NCBI GenBank assembly: GCA_944391805.1
Contig: CALXUY010000093.1
Coordinates: 4,688-68,687 of the forward strand
Direction: 5' to 3'
Source: an uncultured Clostridia bacterium
GTDB taxonomy: Bacteria; Bacillota; Clostridia; Oscillospirales; CAG-272
DNA length: 64,000 bases
The notes below the pieces were generated by a model, which was not told where the DNA came from, searched no databases, and saw only the letters and a list, made by a program, of their open reading frames with translations. The number at the start of each line of letters is the position of its first letter. Position 1 is the first letter of the stretch. The position numbers and the translations under genes are program-made. Of this stretch, positions 18,286-26,104 are shown one piece after another.

Positions 18286-20007
18286 TTATGTCGCCGAGAG
18301 CGACAAAAAATAGATGCGGACGCGTGCCGAGCCGAATGCACTGATGCGGTAGCGCAGAAAGCGGAACCGCCCGAGCGAGAGCCGCCGGTCAAGAAATTCG
18401 GGCGCCTCGGTATCACTGCCCGTCAGCGTAAAATCCTGCTCGTCCCGCTCTGTTTGCAGCCCGAGCGTCAGTGTGGCGTTTCCCGTGTCGGCACACAGGC
18501 TTGCGCGGATGGCGCGTTTGTAAAGGGATGGCTCCGAGAGCGAAAGAAAGTGACTTTGGTAGTAGGCCGCAATCGGAACGCCGTTGTCGGTGTCCAGTGC
18601 CTCGTCTGCATACAGAATCGGTCCGGAGGCGCTGCACAGCCCCACGCTGCCGCCGCTCTCAAGCAGTCCGACGGCCGGGGTGATCGCAAAGCAGGTCCAA
18701 AACGCCCGGTCGAGATTGTAGATCCAGAACAGACCCGCGGAGTCCTTCGGGTTATGCACCCACAGCTCATTGGCGCTCCGGCTCCAGAGCAGAATGGCGT
18801 TTTGCAGCAGGGATCGGGTCATGCGGTCGGCAATTTCTCCGGAGATGGTCCGGGCGGTGCAGACGTCGGGATTGCCCGAGCTGAAGTGCAGCAGAGAGAT
18901 GCCGTTCTCGCGCACGGTCACGGTGTCGTTCCCGCAGGGAATGGCACCGCGGGACGGACAGCAGCCAATGCCTCCGTCAATCAGCACAATCTGCATTCCG
19001 TCGCTCTCCTCGTCGGTGTGACGGATGCCCCAGAGCGAGCGGTCGTTGAACACCAGCGCCTGCTCGCCGTTCTGGCAGATTGCCGTGACCGGGTGCTGCG
19101 CGCTCCCAACGGCGAACGAGGTGTTCTCCGGGATGTAGACCGGGTCGGTGCTGCCGTAAAAGGAGGTGCAGTCGGCAAGCTGCTGGCCGGTCAGGTGTGC
19201 GGTGCGGTAAACGGTATATCCCGGGGTGCCGCCCCACAGCAGCATGGTTTCGTGGTATGGATCCTTGTAAACCGTGGCGTTGCCGCAGCGGAGCACGGTG
19301 GAGCGGCGGTTGAAGATGTCGTCGAGCGTGGCGGCCACCTCCACGGTGCCGGGGGCGGAGCCTTCGGGAATGCGGAAGGTGGAGGAGCCGGGGGTAAAGG
19401 TATAGTTGGTGATGTAGCTGCCGTTGAGCTTGACCCGGTCCACGCTTTTCATGGTATAGGGCATCTGAAAGACCGTGCTGCCGGTTGTGTTGAGATAATG
19501 AATGCGGATGCGGTTCTGTACCAGATTCAAAGGCTCGTTGACGCTGCCCATTTCGGTGGGGTGCCAGTTCTGGCCATAGAGCGGCGTGTAGCCCGTGGAG
19601 ATGTGAAAGGTGCCGGTTCCGGTGCGGAAAAAGAGCATGGACGCGCCGTCGAGCAGATAGAGCCGGTCCACAAAGTAGACGAAGCTGACCGCTCCGGTCT
19701 CGGTGGTCAGGTAGTAAATGGCCTCGGGGGCATCCGCGTCCGGCTCCAGGCAGTAGACCGTGTCTCCTGCCACCGCGAAAAAGTAGCTCACGCCGCCGAT
19801 GGTCCCTTCCCATGTGCCGCGTACAGGAACCGAAAAGCTGAAGCGGGTCGCAAAGCCGCAGCGCTTTTCGAGCGAGCCGTCCGGGAGGATGCGGAAGTTG
19901 CGCAGGTCGGCTGCGGCGCCCGCCTCCAGACCCGCGTGGCTGCGGATTCCCCCGAACGAATCAACGGTCAGACGCTCGAGCGCCCGGCGGGGGTCAATGA
20001 TGGACAT
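18286..20007 (-). CDS. Phage-module structural protein of unknown role (573 aa, beta-rich)
   Basis: Intact ORF with SD GGAAAGGAG, 15 nt upstream of portal. Beta-strand-like repeats (YFFAVAGDTVYCL, LYLLDG, LFWIYNL). No confident family assignment. Confidence 0.5.
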   Translation of the reverse strand: MSIIDPRRALERLTVDSFGGIRSHAGLEAGAAADLRNFRILPDGSLEKRCGFATRFSFSVPVRGTWEGTIGGVSYFFAVAGDTVYCLEPDADAPEAIYYLTTETGAVSFVYFVDRLYLLDGASMLFFRTGTGTFHISTGYTPLYGQNWHPTEMGSVNEPLNLVQNRIRIHYLNTTGSTVFQMPYTMKSVDRVKLNGSYITNYTFTPGSSTFRIPEGSAPGTVEVAATLDDIFNRRSTVLRCGNATVYKDPYHETMLLWGGTPGYTVYRTAHLTGQQLADCTSFYGSTDPVYIPENTSFAVGSAQHPVTAICQNGEQALVFNDRSLWGIRHTDEESDGMQIVLIDGGIGCCPSRGAIPCGNDTVTVRENGISLLHFSSGNPDVCTARTISGEIADRMTRSLLQNAILLWSRSANELWVHNPKDSAGLFWIYNLDRAFWTCFAITPAVGLLESGGSVGLCSASGPILYADEALDTDNGVPIAAYYQSHFLSLSEPSLYKRAIRASLCADTGNATLTLGLQTERDEQDFTLTGSDTEAPEFLDRRLSLGRFRFLRYRISAFGSARVRIYFLSLSAT

Positions 20008-20257
20008 ATCGTTCTCCTTTCCGGGGGCATATGCGTGTCCGCGCGGTATGCTCCCATTTCATACTTAAAATATATTGGATGTCCCGGCGCTGCGCCGCTT
20101 GGTGCAGTGCTCAGGTGTTGCCTTAAGAGGTTAAAAATGAAATGGTGAAATGCCGTTGCACCGCAGGCCGTGCGGAAAACCGCATATCCCCCTTTTTCAA
20201 AAGTCTTGAAAGGGGGCGGAGAAAACTTCTTCCAGAAGTTTTCCCTGCAAAATCCTG

Positions 20258-22222
20258 TCAAAAGCCGTCGAGCGAGCGGCTCCTGCGCGGGAATCTGAAG
20301 TTTCGGTCGGGCTGGTCCTGCTCGGTCCATGCCGCAAACCGGCTCATTACGGCGTAGCGCAGCGCCTCGGGGGCATGGGTGACGGCGTGCGGCTCGTCCG
20401 AGGCGTCCTCGGGGCGGTCAGCGTCGCAGAGCAGGGCGGGGAGCGACTGAATCAGCACGCGGCAGCAGGAGCAGACGCGCAGCCGGGGGGATCCGGTTGC
20501 GCTGCTCAGAAACTCGCGCAGCATCCGCCAGCCGGGGATGCGCCGGTTGTCTGCGGCGCACATCGGGGGCACGCCGGGCACGGCCTGCATCACTTCAAAG
20601 CCGCTGCGGCCGGTGTCCTGCCGCCGGTTCCAAAGATCCGGGGAGGCGGTCAGATATTCGGCGCCGGAGCCGGAGCAGAGCTCGCTGACGGCCAGCGCGG
20701 CCTCCCGCAGGGTCAGTCCGGGGCGGCAGACCTCGCGCAGCACATAGAGCCTTCCGTCCGCGTCGGCTCCGAGCAGCAGGGCGGCCAGCATGTCAAAGCC
20801 GTAGTCCAGCGCCGCAAAGCAGCGCAGCGCGGCGGGCAGCTCCTGCGGGGAGCAGACGTGAATTTCTGGCTGGAATTCGGGGAAGAACTGCCCTTCAAAT
20901 ACGTCCCATCGGCCGAGCAGCCAAGCGTCTCGCAGGCGCGGGGGCAGGCTTTCGAGCTGCCGGACGTAGCCGGGATCGGCTTCCAGCAGCACGGGATTGT
21001 CGTAGACCCGCGCCGGGATGAACAGGTAGTCGTCCGGATGCTCGTCGGCACGGAAGCAGCGGTCCACAAACAGCCGCTTGACCCACCCGTGCCCCACGCC
21101 GCCGGGGTTACAGGTCAGATACATCCGGCGGGGAAAGCCGCCAACGCCTCGCAGACAGGCCTTGAAAACCGAAAACTGATATTCACTCAGCTGTGTTGCC
21201 TCGTCGATGGCGATGATGTCGTATTCCTGTCCCTGGTAGCGCAGAGCGTCCCGACCGGAGGAGCAGTAGCCCAGCGCAATGCTGCTGCCGTTTGGCAGAT
21301 ACAGGCACTTGTCGCTCTCCCGGTATTGCACCAGCCCCCGGTATTCCGAGAGCATCGGACGGACGTGATTGGATTTCAGCTCTGCGTAGGTGCGCCGGAT
21401 CAACAGGCAGCGGATGCCGGGATAGCGCAGGCAGAGCGTAACGAGCTTGCGGCGCAGCGCCCACGATTTTCCGCCGCCCCGCGCCCCGCCGTAGGCGGTG
21501 TAGCGTGCCCGGGAGGCAAAAAAGAGCTTTTGCCGCGCGTTCGGTACGCCGCTGATATGCAGAATGCGGGTGGGGCCGGAGGATGCCGCGCCTTGCATTG
21601 CGGACGGCTGATTTTGCACGCGGAATGCCGTCTTTGCGGTGGGGGCTCCTGTGTCCGTATCTCTGTGCGAGCGGGAGGCCGGAGCGTGCGGCCCGGCCGC
21701 GTCGGCCGGAGTGTCTGCTGCCGCCGCTGCGTGTGAGAAGGAGGATGCGCTGTGCGGGCCTGCCGGATCGGTCGGTGGGGCCGCGCCTGCATCTCCGTTG
21801 GAGCGAAGAGATGGAGCGGCAGAATTGGCCGTGTCGGCCGACGGCTTTGCATCCGTGTCTCCGTTCGGGAAGGAGGCTGGGGTGTGCGGGGCGGCTGTGT
21901 CAGCCAACGGTACACCCGGGGAGTCGGAGCATCCCCCGGCGGTCAGGCCGGCGGACGGGTGGCTTTTCCCGTGTGCTCCGGGCGGAAGGCTGCCTGCTTC
22001 GTCGGCGTTCCGCCATCCGTCCGCCCCGCCGATGTATGAGTCTGCACGCCGTGCGCCGCCCGGCATGTCCGGTGCGGACTGATTGTCAGAATCACGCTTC
22101 ATTGCGGCTTCCGCCTCCTTTCTTTCGGGGTGCGTGGGTGATTTGCGGGATATAACCTTACAAGGATGGCCGCCGCACAGTGTGTCGGCAGCTTCTGTGA
22201 TGCCGGCCGTGACAGGCTTCAC
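20258..22222 (-). CDS. terL: Terminase large subunit with a ~210-aa repeat-containing N-terminal extension
   Basis: Walker A YGGARGGGKSW, Walker B/coupling YDIIAIDEATQ, nuclease-half motifs. The GTG start overlaps the terS stop (GTGA) and has a GAGGA SD. The canonical-length ATG at 21598 has no SD. Confidence 0.8.
   Translation of the reverse strand: MKPVTAGITEAADTLCGGHPCKVISRKSPTHPERKEAEAAMKRDSDNQSAPDMPGGARRADSYIGGADGWRNADEAGSLPPGAHGKSHPSAGLTAGGCSDSPGVPLADTAAPHTPASFPNGDTDAKPSADTANSAAPSLRSNGDAGAAPPTDPAGPHSASSFSHAAAAADTPADAAGPHAPASRSHRDTDTGAPTAKTAFRVQNQPSAMQGAASSGPTRILHISGVPNARQKLFFASRARYTAYGGARGGGKSWALRRKLVTLCLRYPGIRCLLIRRTYAELKSNHVRPMLSEYRGLVQYRESDKCLYLPNGSSIALGYCSSGRDALRYQGQEYDIIAIDEATQLSEYQFSVFKACLRGVGGFPRRMYLTCNPGGVGHGWVKRLFVDRCFRADEHPDDYLFIPARVYDNPVLLEADPGYVRQLESLPPRLRDAWLLGRWDVFEGQFFPEFQPEIHVCSPQELPAALRCFAALDYGFDMLAALLLGADADGRLYVLREVCRPGLTLREAALAVSELCSGSGAEYLTASPDLWNRRQDTGRSGFEVMQAVPGVPPMCAADNRRIPGWRMLREFLSSATGSPRLRVCSCCRVLIQSLPALLCDADRPEDASDEPHAVTHAPEALRYAVMSRFAAWTEQDQPDRNFRFPRRSRSLDGF
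21650..21910 (-). repeat. Four degenerate tandem repeats, period 65-66 bp, inside the terL 5' extension
   Basis: Repeat cores at 21667-21709, 21732-21774, 21798-21840 and 21864-21906. They encode units such as ADTAAPHTPASFPNGDTDA and DAAGPHAPASRSHRDTDT. Confidence 0.65.
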
Positions 22223-22629
22223 GCTCCGTCCTCGGTGATGTCATGCTCAAAGATGACCTGCAAATCTCCGCATTCGGCCTGTGCGGCGGCTTCGGCTTTG
22301 TCGGCATAGCCCAGCCTTCGCTTGAGATAGGCGTTTATCACGGTGGGCGAGAGCGGCGCCGTACTGTTCAGCGCTTCGTCCTCCATCACCGCGGCGAGGT
22401 AGTCCGCCGCATCCGGGTGTGAGCGCTTCAGCGCCTCTATTTCGGAAATGCCGCAGCCCAGCCAGCGGCAGAAGCCCGCCGGATTGGGAAATCTCCCGCC
22501 CGGCTTCCTCGCATCCTCCGGCTGCGCCGTCCGGCATTCCTCCAAATACCGATTCAGATAGATGTTCAGTCTGCCGCTCTCGGCTGCTTTGCGCAGCGAA
22601 ACGGCTTTGCTCGGTTTCATTGCTCTCAC
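22219..22629 (-). CDS. terS: Terminase small subunit
   Basis: 136 aa with an HTH-like RFPNPAGFCRWLGCGISEIEALKR. It lies directly upstream of terL and is coupled to it. SD AAGGAGGTG. Confidence 0.7.
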   Translation of the reverse strand: MRAMKPSKAVSLRKAAESGRLNIYLNRYLEECRTAQPEDARKPGGRFPNPAGFCRWLGCGISEIEALKRSHPDAADYLAAVMEDEALNSTAPLSPTVINAYLKRRLGYADKAEAAAQAECGDLQVIFEHDITEDGA

Positions 22630-22756
22630 CTCCTTGCAGCGTTATTTTACCACCAATGTCCGTGCCAAACCGTGACAGAGTGTGCCATGCTGTGCCACCA
22701 ATTGCTGCGCCGGGAGCCGTGGAGACAGGGATGAAACCGGAGTCACAGCCCTCAAT

Positions 22757-22785
22757 TTGACAAATGCTTTGAACTATGTTATAAT
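22757..22785 (+). promoter_or_regulatory. Consensus SigA-type promoter (TTGACA-17-TGtTATAAT) upstream of the ECF sigma gene
   Basis: -35 at 22757-22762, exact 17-nt spacer, extended -10 TGtTATAAT at 22777-22785. Confidence 0.55.
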
Positions 22786-22973
22786 AATTAAAAGTTGAAA
22801 TTGCCTGCGCGGAAGTGCGGGCGATGCGATTACTGTGGTTTTTCTGCCTGCGGCGGAGAACAGTCAGAAAAATTTTTTGAAAAAACTTGTAACCATTCCC
22901 CGGGACTTGTCGACTCTATGGGTGAAACAGGCAAAAAGGGGGTATGGTGCGGAAAGGTTGAGGACGGCTGCAT

Positions 22974-23528
22974 ATGGAAGATTATCAGATTGTGGATCTC
23001 TACTGGGCGAGGGACGAGCGTGCAATTGCCGAGAGCGACGTCAAGTACGGGCGTATGCTGCGGTCGCTGTCGCAGTCCTGTCTGTCCTCCCGTGAGGACG
23101 CGGAGGAATGCGTGAACGACGCATATCTGGATGCATGGAACGCCATGCCAACCGAGCGTCCGACCTATCTTGGCGCCTTTCTTTCCAAAATTGTCCGCCG
23201 CATTTCCATCGACCGCTTCCGGCATGACCATCGGCTCAAGCGGGGCGGCATGGGGAAGGCGGTGGAGGAGCTGACCGAATGCATTCCCGACGCCGGCCCC
23301 GGCCCGGCAGAGGAGCTGGAGGCCGGAAGGCTCCGGAGCGCGCTGAACGGCTTTCTGGCGAGGCTCCCGCAGGAAAAGCGGGTGATGTTTGTGCAGAGGT
23401 ATTTTTACTCCATGCCGGTCAGGGAGATTGCGGACCGCATGGGACTGAGCGAGAGCAACGTCAAGGTCAGCCTGCACCGCATCCGGGAGAGTCTGCGTCA
23501 ATTTCTGGAAAAGGAGGAGCTGCTGTGA
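22974..23528 (+). CDS. ECF-type RNA polymerase sigma-70 family factor
   Basis: Region 2 (EDAEECVNDAYLDAW) and region 4 (EIADRMGLSESNVKVSLHRIRESL). Confidence 0.85.
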   Translation: MEDYQIVDLYWARDERAIAESDVKYGRMLRSLSQSCLSSREDAEECVNDAYLDAWNAMPTERPTYLGAFLSKIVRRISIDRFRHDHRLKRGGMGKAVEELTECIPDAGPGPAEELEAGRLRSALNGFLARLPQEKRVMFVQRYFYSMPVREIADRMGLSESNVKVSLHRIRESLRQFLEKEELL

Positions 23529-24196
23529 GCAGGAAGGATACCAACAGAAGAGCCGAATATCTGATGGATGAAATCGGCGGCATCGACGAGAGCTATCTCG
23601 ACGAGGCCATCCGCTATCGCGGCAGCACCGTCCGGGAGCCCCTCCGCACAACAACGCGCCGAAAACCGATCCGGGTTCTGCTGGCCGCGGCCTCGCTGGT
23701 GCTGGTGCTGGCGGTCGGAACCGCCGCGGTGCTGACCATGCTCCGCAGAGACGAGCCGGACAACGGTGATTTCTACACTGCCGACGGGGAGAGCAAGTAT
23801 CTGACCGAGCTGAACCGGCTCGACTCCCTCCTGCAGGACTGCACGCAGGGCGACGCCTTCCGGCCGCTGGCGGCAGGCGCCGAGCCGGATTACTTCGACG
23901 GCTCCGTGCGCCTGACCGTGGAAAACCGACAGACCGGCGAGCGTTTTGTCAGCCGCCCACTGACCGATTCCGAGCAGAGACAGGTGCAGGCGGAGTTTGC
24001 GGCCTCCGGAACACCGGTTCCGACCGGAACGCAGACGCCGGATTACCTGGTCTGGGTGCTGCTGGGAGACGGGAGCGTCGTCACCCCCTGCCTGAATCCG
24101 TCCGTGGGAAACGTTGGGGCCGCGGTGCTGTTTGACTACGACCCCGAACGCCTCCCATCCGACATTTTCACCAAGCTGCTCACCGGTATGCAATGA
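23525..24196 (+). CDS. Putative anti-sigma factor (single-pass membrane protein)
   Basis: The GTG start overlaps the sigma gene stop (GTGA). One TM segment (IRVLLAAASLVLVLAVGTAAVLTML). The role is inferred from position. Confidence 0.5.
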   Translation: MSRKDTNRRAEYLMDEIGGIDESYLDEAIRYRGSTVREPLRTTTRRKPIRVLLAAASLVLVLAVGTAAVLTMLRRDEPDNGDFYTADGESKYLTELNRLDSLLQDCTQGDAFRPLAAGAEPDYFDGSVRLTVENRQTGERFVSRPLTDSEQRQVQAEFAASGTPVPTGTQTPDYLVWVLLGDGSVVTPCLNPSVGNVGAAVLFDYDPERLPSDIFTKLLTGMQ

Positions 24197-24232
24197 GCGC
24201 CGGGGGCCGCGGTGCAACGAAAGGAGACAGAC

Positions 24233-25747
24233 ATGAAAAAACTGATGCTGTTCGCAACCCTGATTTCGCTTCTGCTGGTGTCACTGGCAGGCTGCGGCGC
24301 CTCCATGGACGGCGTATATGAAGGAGGAGACAACGTGCAGAACATGGCGCCGGGCGCCGAAAGCCCGATGGAGGGCGGACTGCCGGCACAGGACGCGGAT
24401 ACGCCGACCTTTGCCGAAAACCCCTTCTTTGCCACGCAGGAGGAGGCGGTTTCCACCTTCTCGGCCGACGTGGACACCGCGTCCTATACCTACTTCCGCA
24501 AGCTGGTCAACAGCAATTACAGCTTCCGGGAGCTGGTGGAGAAGGGGAGCTCCTTCCGCACCGAGGAATTTCTCAACTATTTCAAGTATCAGGCCAACGC
24601 TCCGCAGGGCGGCGAGCTGTTCGGCGTGAAGGCGGCCATTGCCGACTGCCCGTGGAATCCGAACACCGTGCTTATGAGCCTGACGCTGCAGGCCGAAGAG
24701 GCCGTTCCCGAGGGTGGGAACAATCTCGTGTTCCTCATCGACGTTTCGGGCTCGATGAGCTCGAGCGATAAGCTCCCGCTGCTCAAAAAGGCCTTTTCCT
24801 ATTTGGTCGCTCAACTGAGTGCCGAGGACCGCGTTTCGATTGTGACCTATTCCGGCAAGGAGGAGGTTGTGCTCTCGGGCTGCCCGGGCAACCAGGGCGA
24901 GAAGATTATGGAGGCCATCAACCGGCTTGCTGCCAACGGTTCGACCAACGGCGAGGCAGGACTTCAGGAGGCCTACCGCCTTGCCGAGGAAAACCGGATT
25001 GAGGGGGGCAACAACCGCATCATCATGGCCTCGGACGGCGACCTGAACGTCGGTATTTCCTCCGACGAGGAGCTGAAGTCCTTTGTCGAGCAGAAGCGGG
25101 AACAGGGAACCTATCTCTCGGTCCTGGGCTTTGGCATCGGAAATTACCGCGATTCCAAGATGGAAACGCTGGCAGATAACGGCAACGGCGTATATTATTA
25201 TATTGACGGCGAGAGTGAGGCCGAGCGCATTTTCGGCTCGGAGCTCTTCTCCACCCTTTATACCGTGGCGAATGACGTCAAGCTGCAAATCACGTTTGAC
25301 CCTGCCTATATTGCATCCTACCGCCTGATCGGCTATGAAAACCGCATTCTCGACAAGGAGGATTTTGAGGACGACGCCAAGGACGCAGGCGAGGTGGGAG
25401 CCGGACATCAGGTGACGGTCTGCTACGAGCTGACCCTGACCGCAAAGGCAGCCGAGGCCGACGAGTGGATGAAGCTGGCCGTGCGCTACAAGCGCCCGGG
25501 TGAGAGCGAGTCCCAGCTCAACGAATATGGCATCGGCAAGGCCGAAGTCTGCGAGCCGGACGATGAGTTCCGCTTCCAGTCGGCCGTGATTCTCACCGCC
25601 ATGGTGCTTCACAACAGCCAATATCTCAATGATATAGATCTTGACAACGTATTGGAGCTACTCAACTCGCTGGACCTTTCTTCCGCGCCCGACCGGAGCG
25701 AATTCCGGGATCTGGTCCGGGAGTTAGGGACGCGAGTTGAGGCCTGA
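24233..25747 (+). CDS. von Willebrand factor type A domain lipoprotein (YfbK-like)
   Basis: Lipobox LVSLAGC, MIDAS DVSGSMSS, and N- and C-terminal YfbK-type segments (FRTEEFLNYFKY; ASYRLIGYENR). SD AAAGGAG before ATG 24233. Confidence 0.8.
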   Translation: MKKLMLFATLISLLLVSLAGCGASMDGVYEGGDNVQNMAPGAESPMEGGLPAQDADTPTFAENPFFATQEEAVSTFSADVDTASYTYFRKLVNSNYSFRELVEKGSSFRTEEFLNYFKYQANAPQGGELFGVKAAIADCPWNPNTVLMSLTLQAEEAVPEGGNNLVFLIDVSGSMSSSDKLPLLKKAFSYLVAQLSAEDRVSIVTYSGKEEVVLSGCPGNQGEKIMEAINRLAANGSTNGEAGLQEAYRLAEENRIEGGNNRIIMASDGDLNVGISSDEELKSFVEQKREQGTYLSVLGFGIGNYRDSKMETLADNGNGVYYYIDGESEAERIFGSELFSTLYTVANDVKLQITFDPAYIASYRLIGYENRILDKEDFEDDAKDAGEVGAGHQVTVCYELTLTAKAAEADEWMKLAVRYKRPGESESQLNEYGIGKAEVCEPDDEFRFQSAVILTAMVLHNSQYLNDIDLDNVLELLNSLDLSSAPDRSEFRDLVRELGTRVEA

Positions 25748-25769
25748 CCGCAGAGCAAGCTGAAACGTT

Positions 25770-25802
25770 TGAGGGGAAACTTCTTTCGGAAGTTTCCCCT
25801 CA
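25770..25802 (+). terminator. Hairpin downstream of the vWA gene (GAAACTTC-type palindrome)
   Basis: 14-bp stem: TGAGGGGAAACTTC pairs with GAAGTTTCCCCTCA. There is no clear T-tract. Confidence 0.4.
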
Positions 25803-26013
25803 CTCCTTTCAGGACGCTTCCCAAAAGAGGGAGGATTTGCCGCAGACAACAGACAAAATCAAGAATTTTTTTGATCGAAGGCTCCGGTCAACGTGCTTAC
25901 ATGTTTTCCATCCAAATACATCATTGGCAGGGAGAACCCCTTTTGCAGGTGGCTTTCTCCCTGCCCAATTTTACTTTTCGGCGGATGTGTAACAGAAAAT
26001 TCATAAATTTCTG

Positions 26014-26042
26014 TTGAAATGAGGTGTGCGTTCGGTTATCAT
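26014..26042 (+). promoter_or_regulatory. Candidate promoter (TTGAAA-17-TATCAT) for the aldo/keto reductase gene
   Basis: Hexamers at 26014-26019 and 26037-26042 with a 17-nt spacer. Confidence 0.35.
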
Positions 26043-26104
26043 ACAGATGTGAGGGGAAGGAATGCCCGAAGCAACAATGCCGACAAACAAAGGAGAAACA
26101 GCGA

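Larger units (their letters stand above)
13953..22629 (-). mobile_element. Phage-derived head-morphogenesis and DNA-packaging module (no tail, lysis, integrase or regulatory genes adjacent)
   Basis: Seven co-directional ORFs in the order terS, terL, 573-aa ORF, portal, scaffold, coat, 130-aa ORF. It is bounded by a hairpin plus dapA on one side and a promoter plus an ECF sigma gene on the other. Confidence 0.75.

Noticed and set aside
17995-20148. 717-aa ORF on the plus strand
   Set aside because: It is antisense to the portal and 573-aa phage ORFs. It is Gly/Ala/Arg/Val-rich and breaks the co-directional, SD-supported phage gene series.
21650-21910. Possible CRISPR-like or minisatellite array
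   Set aside because: The repeats are degenerate and contiguous with no spacers. Their period is a multiple of 3, and they lie in frame within terL. No cas genes are present.
22655-22672. Strict sigma-54 (-24/-12) promoter call for terS
   Set aside because: The -24 half (TTGGCACG) matches, but the conserved -12 GC is GG. No enhancer-binding protein or rpoN is visible in the window. It is kept only as a motif-array observation.
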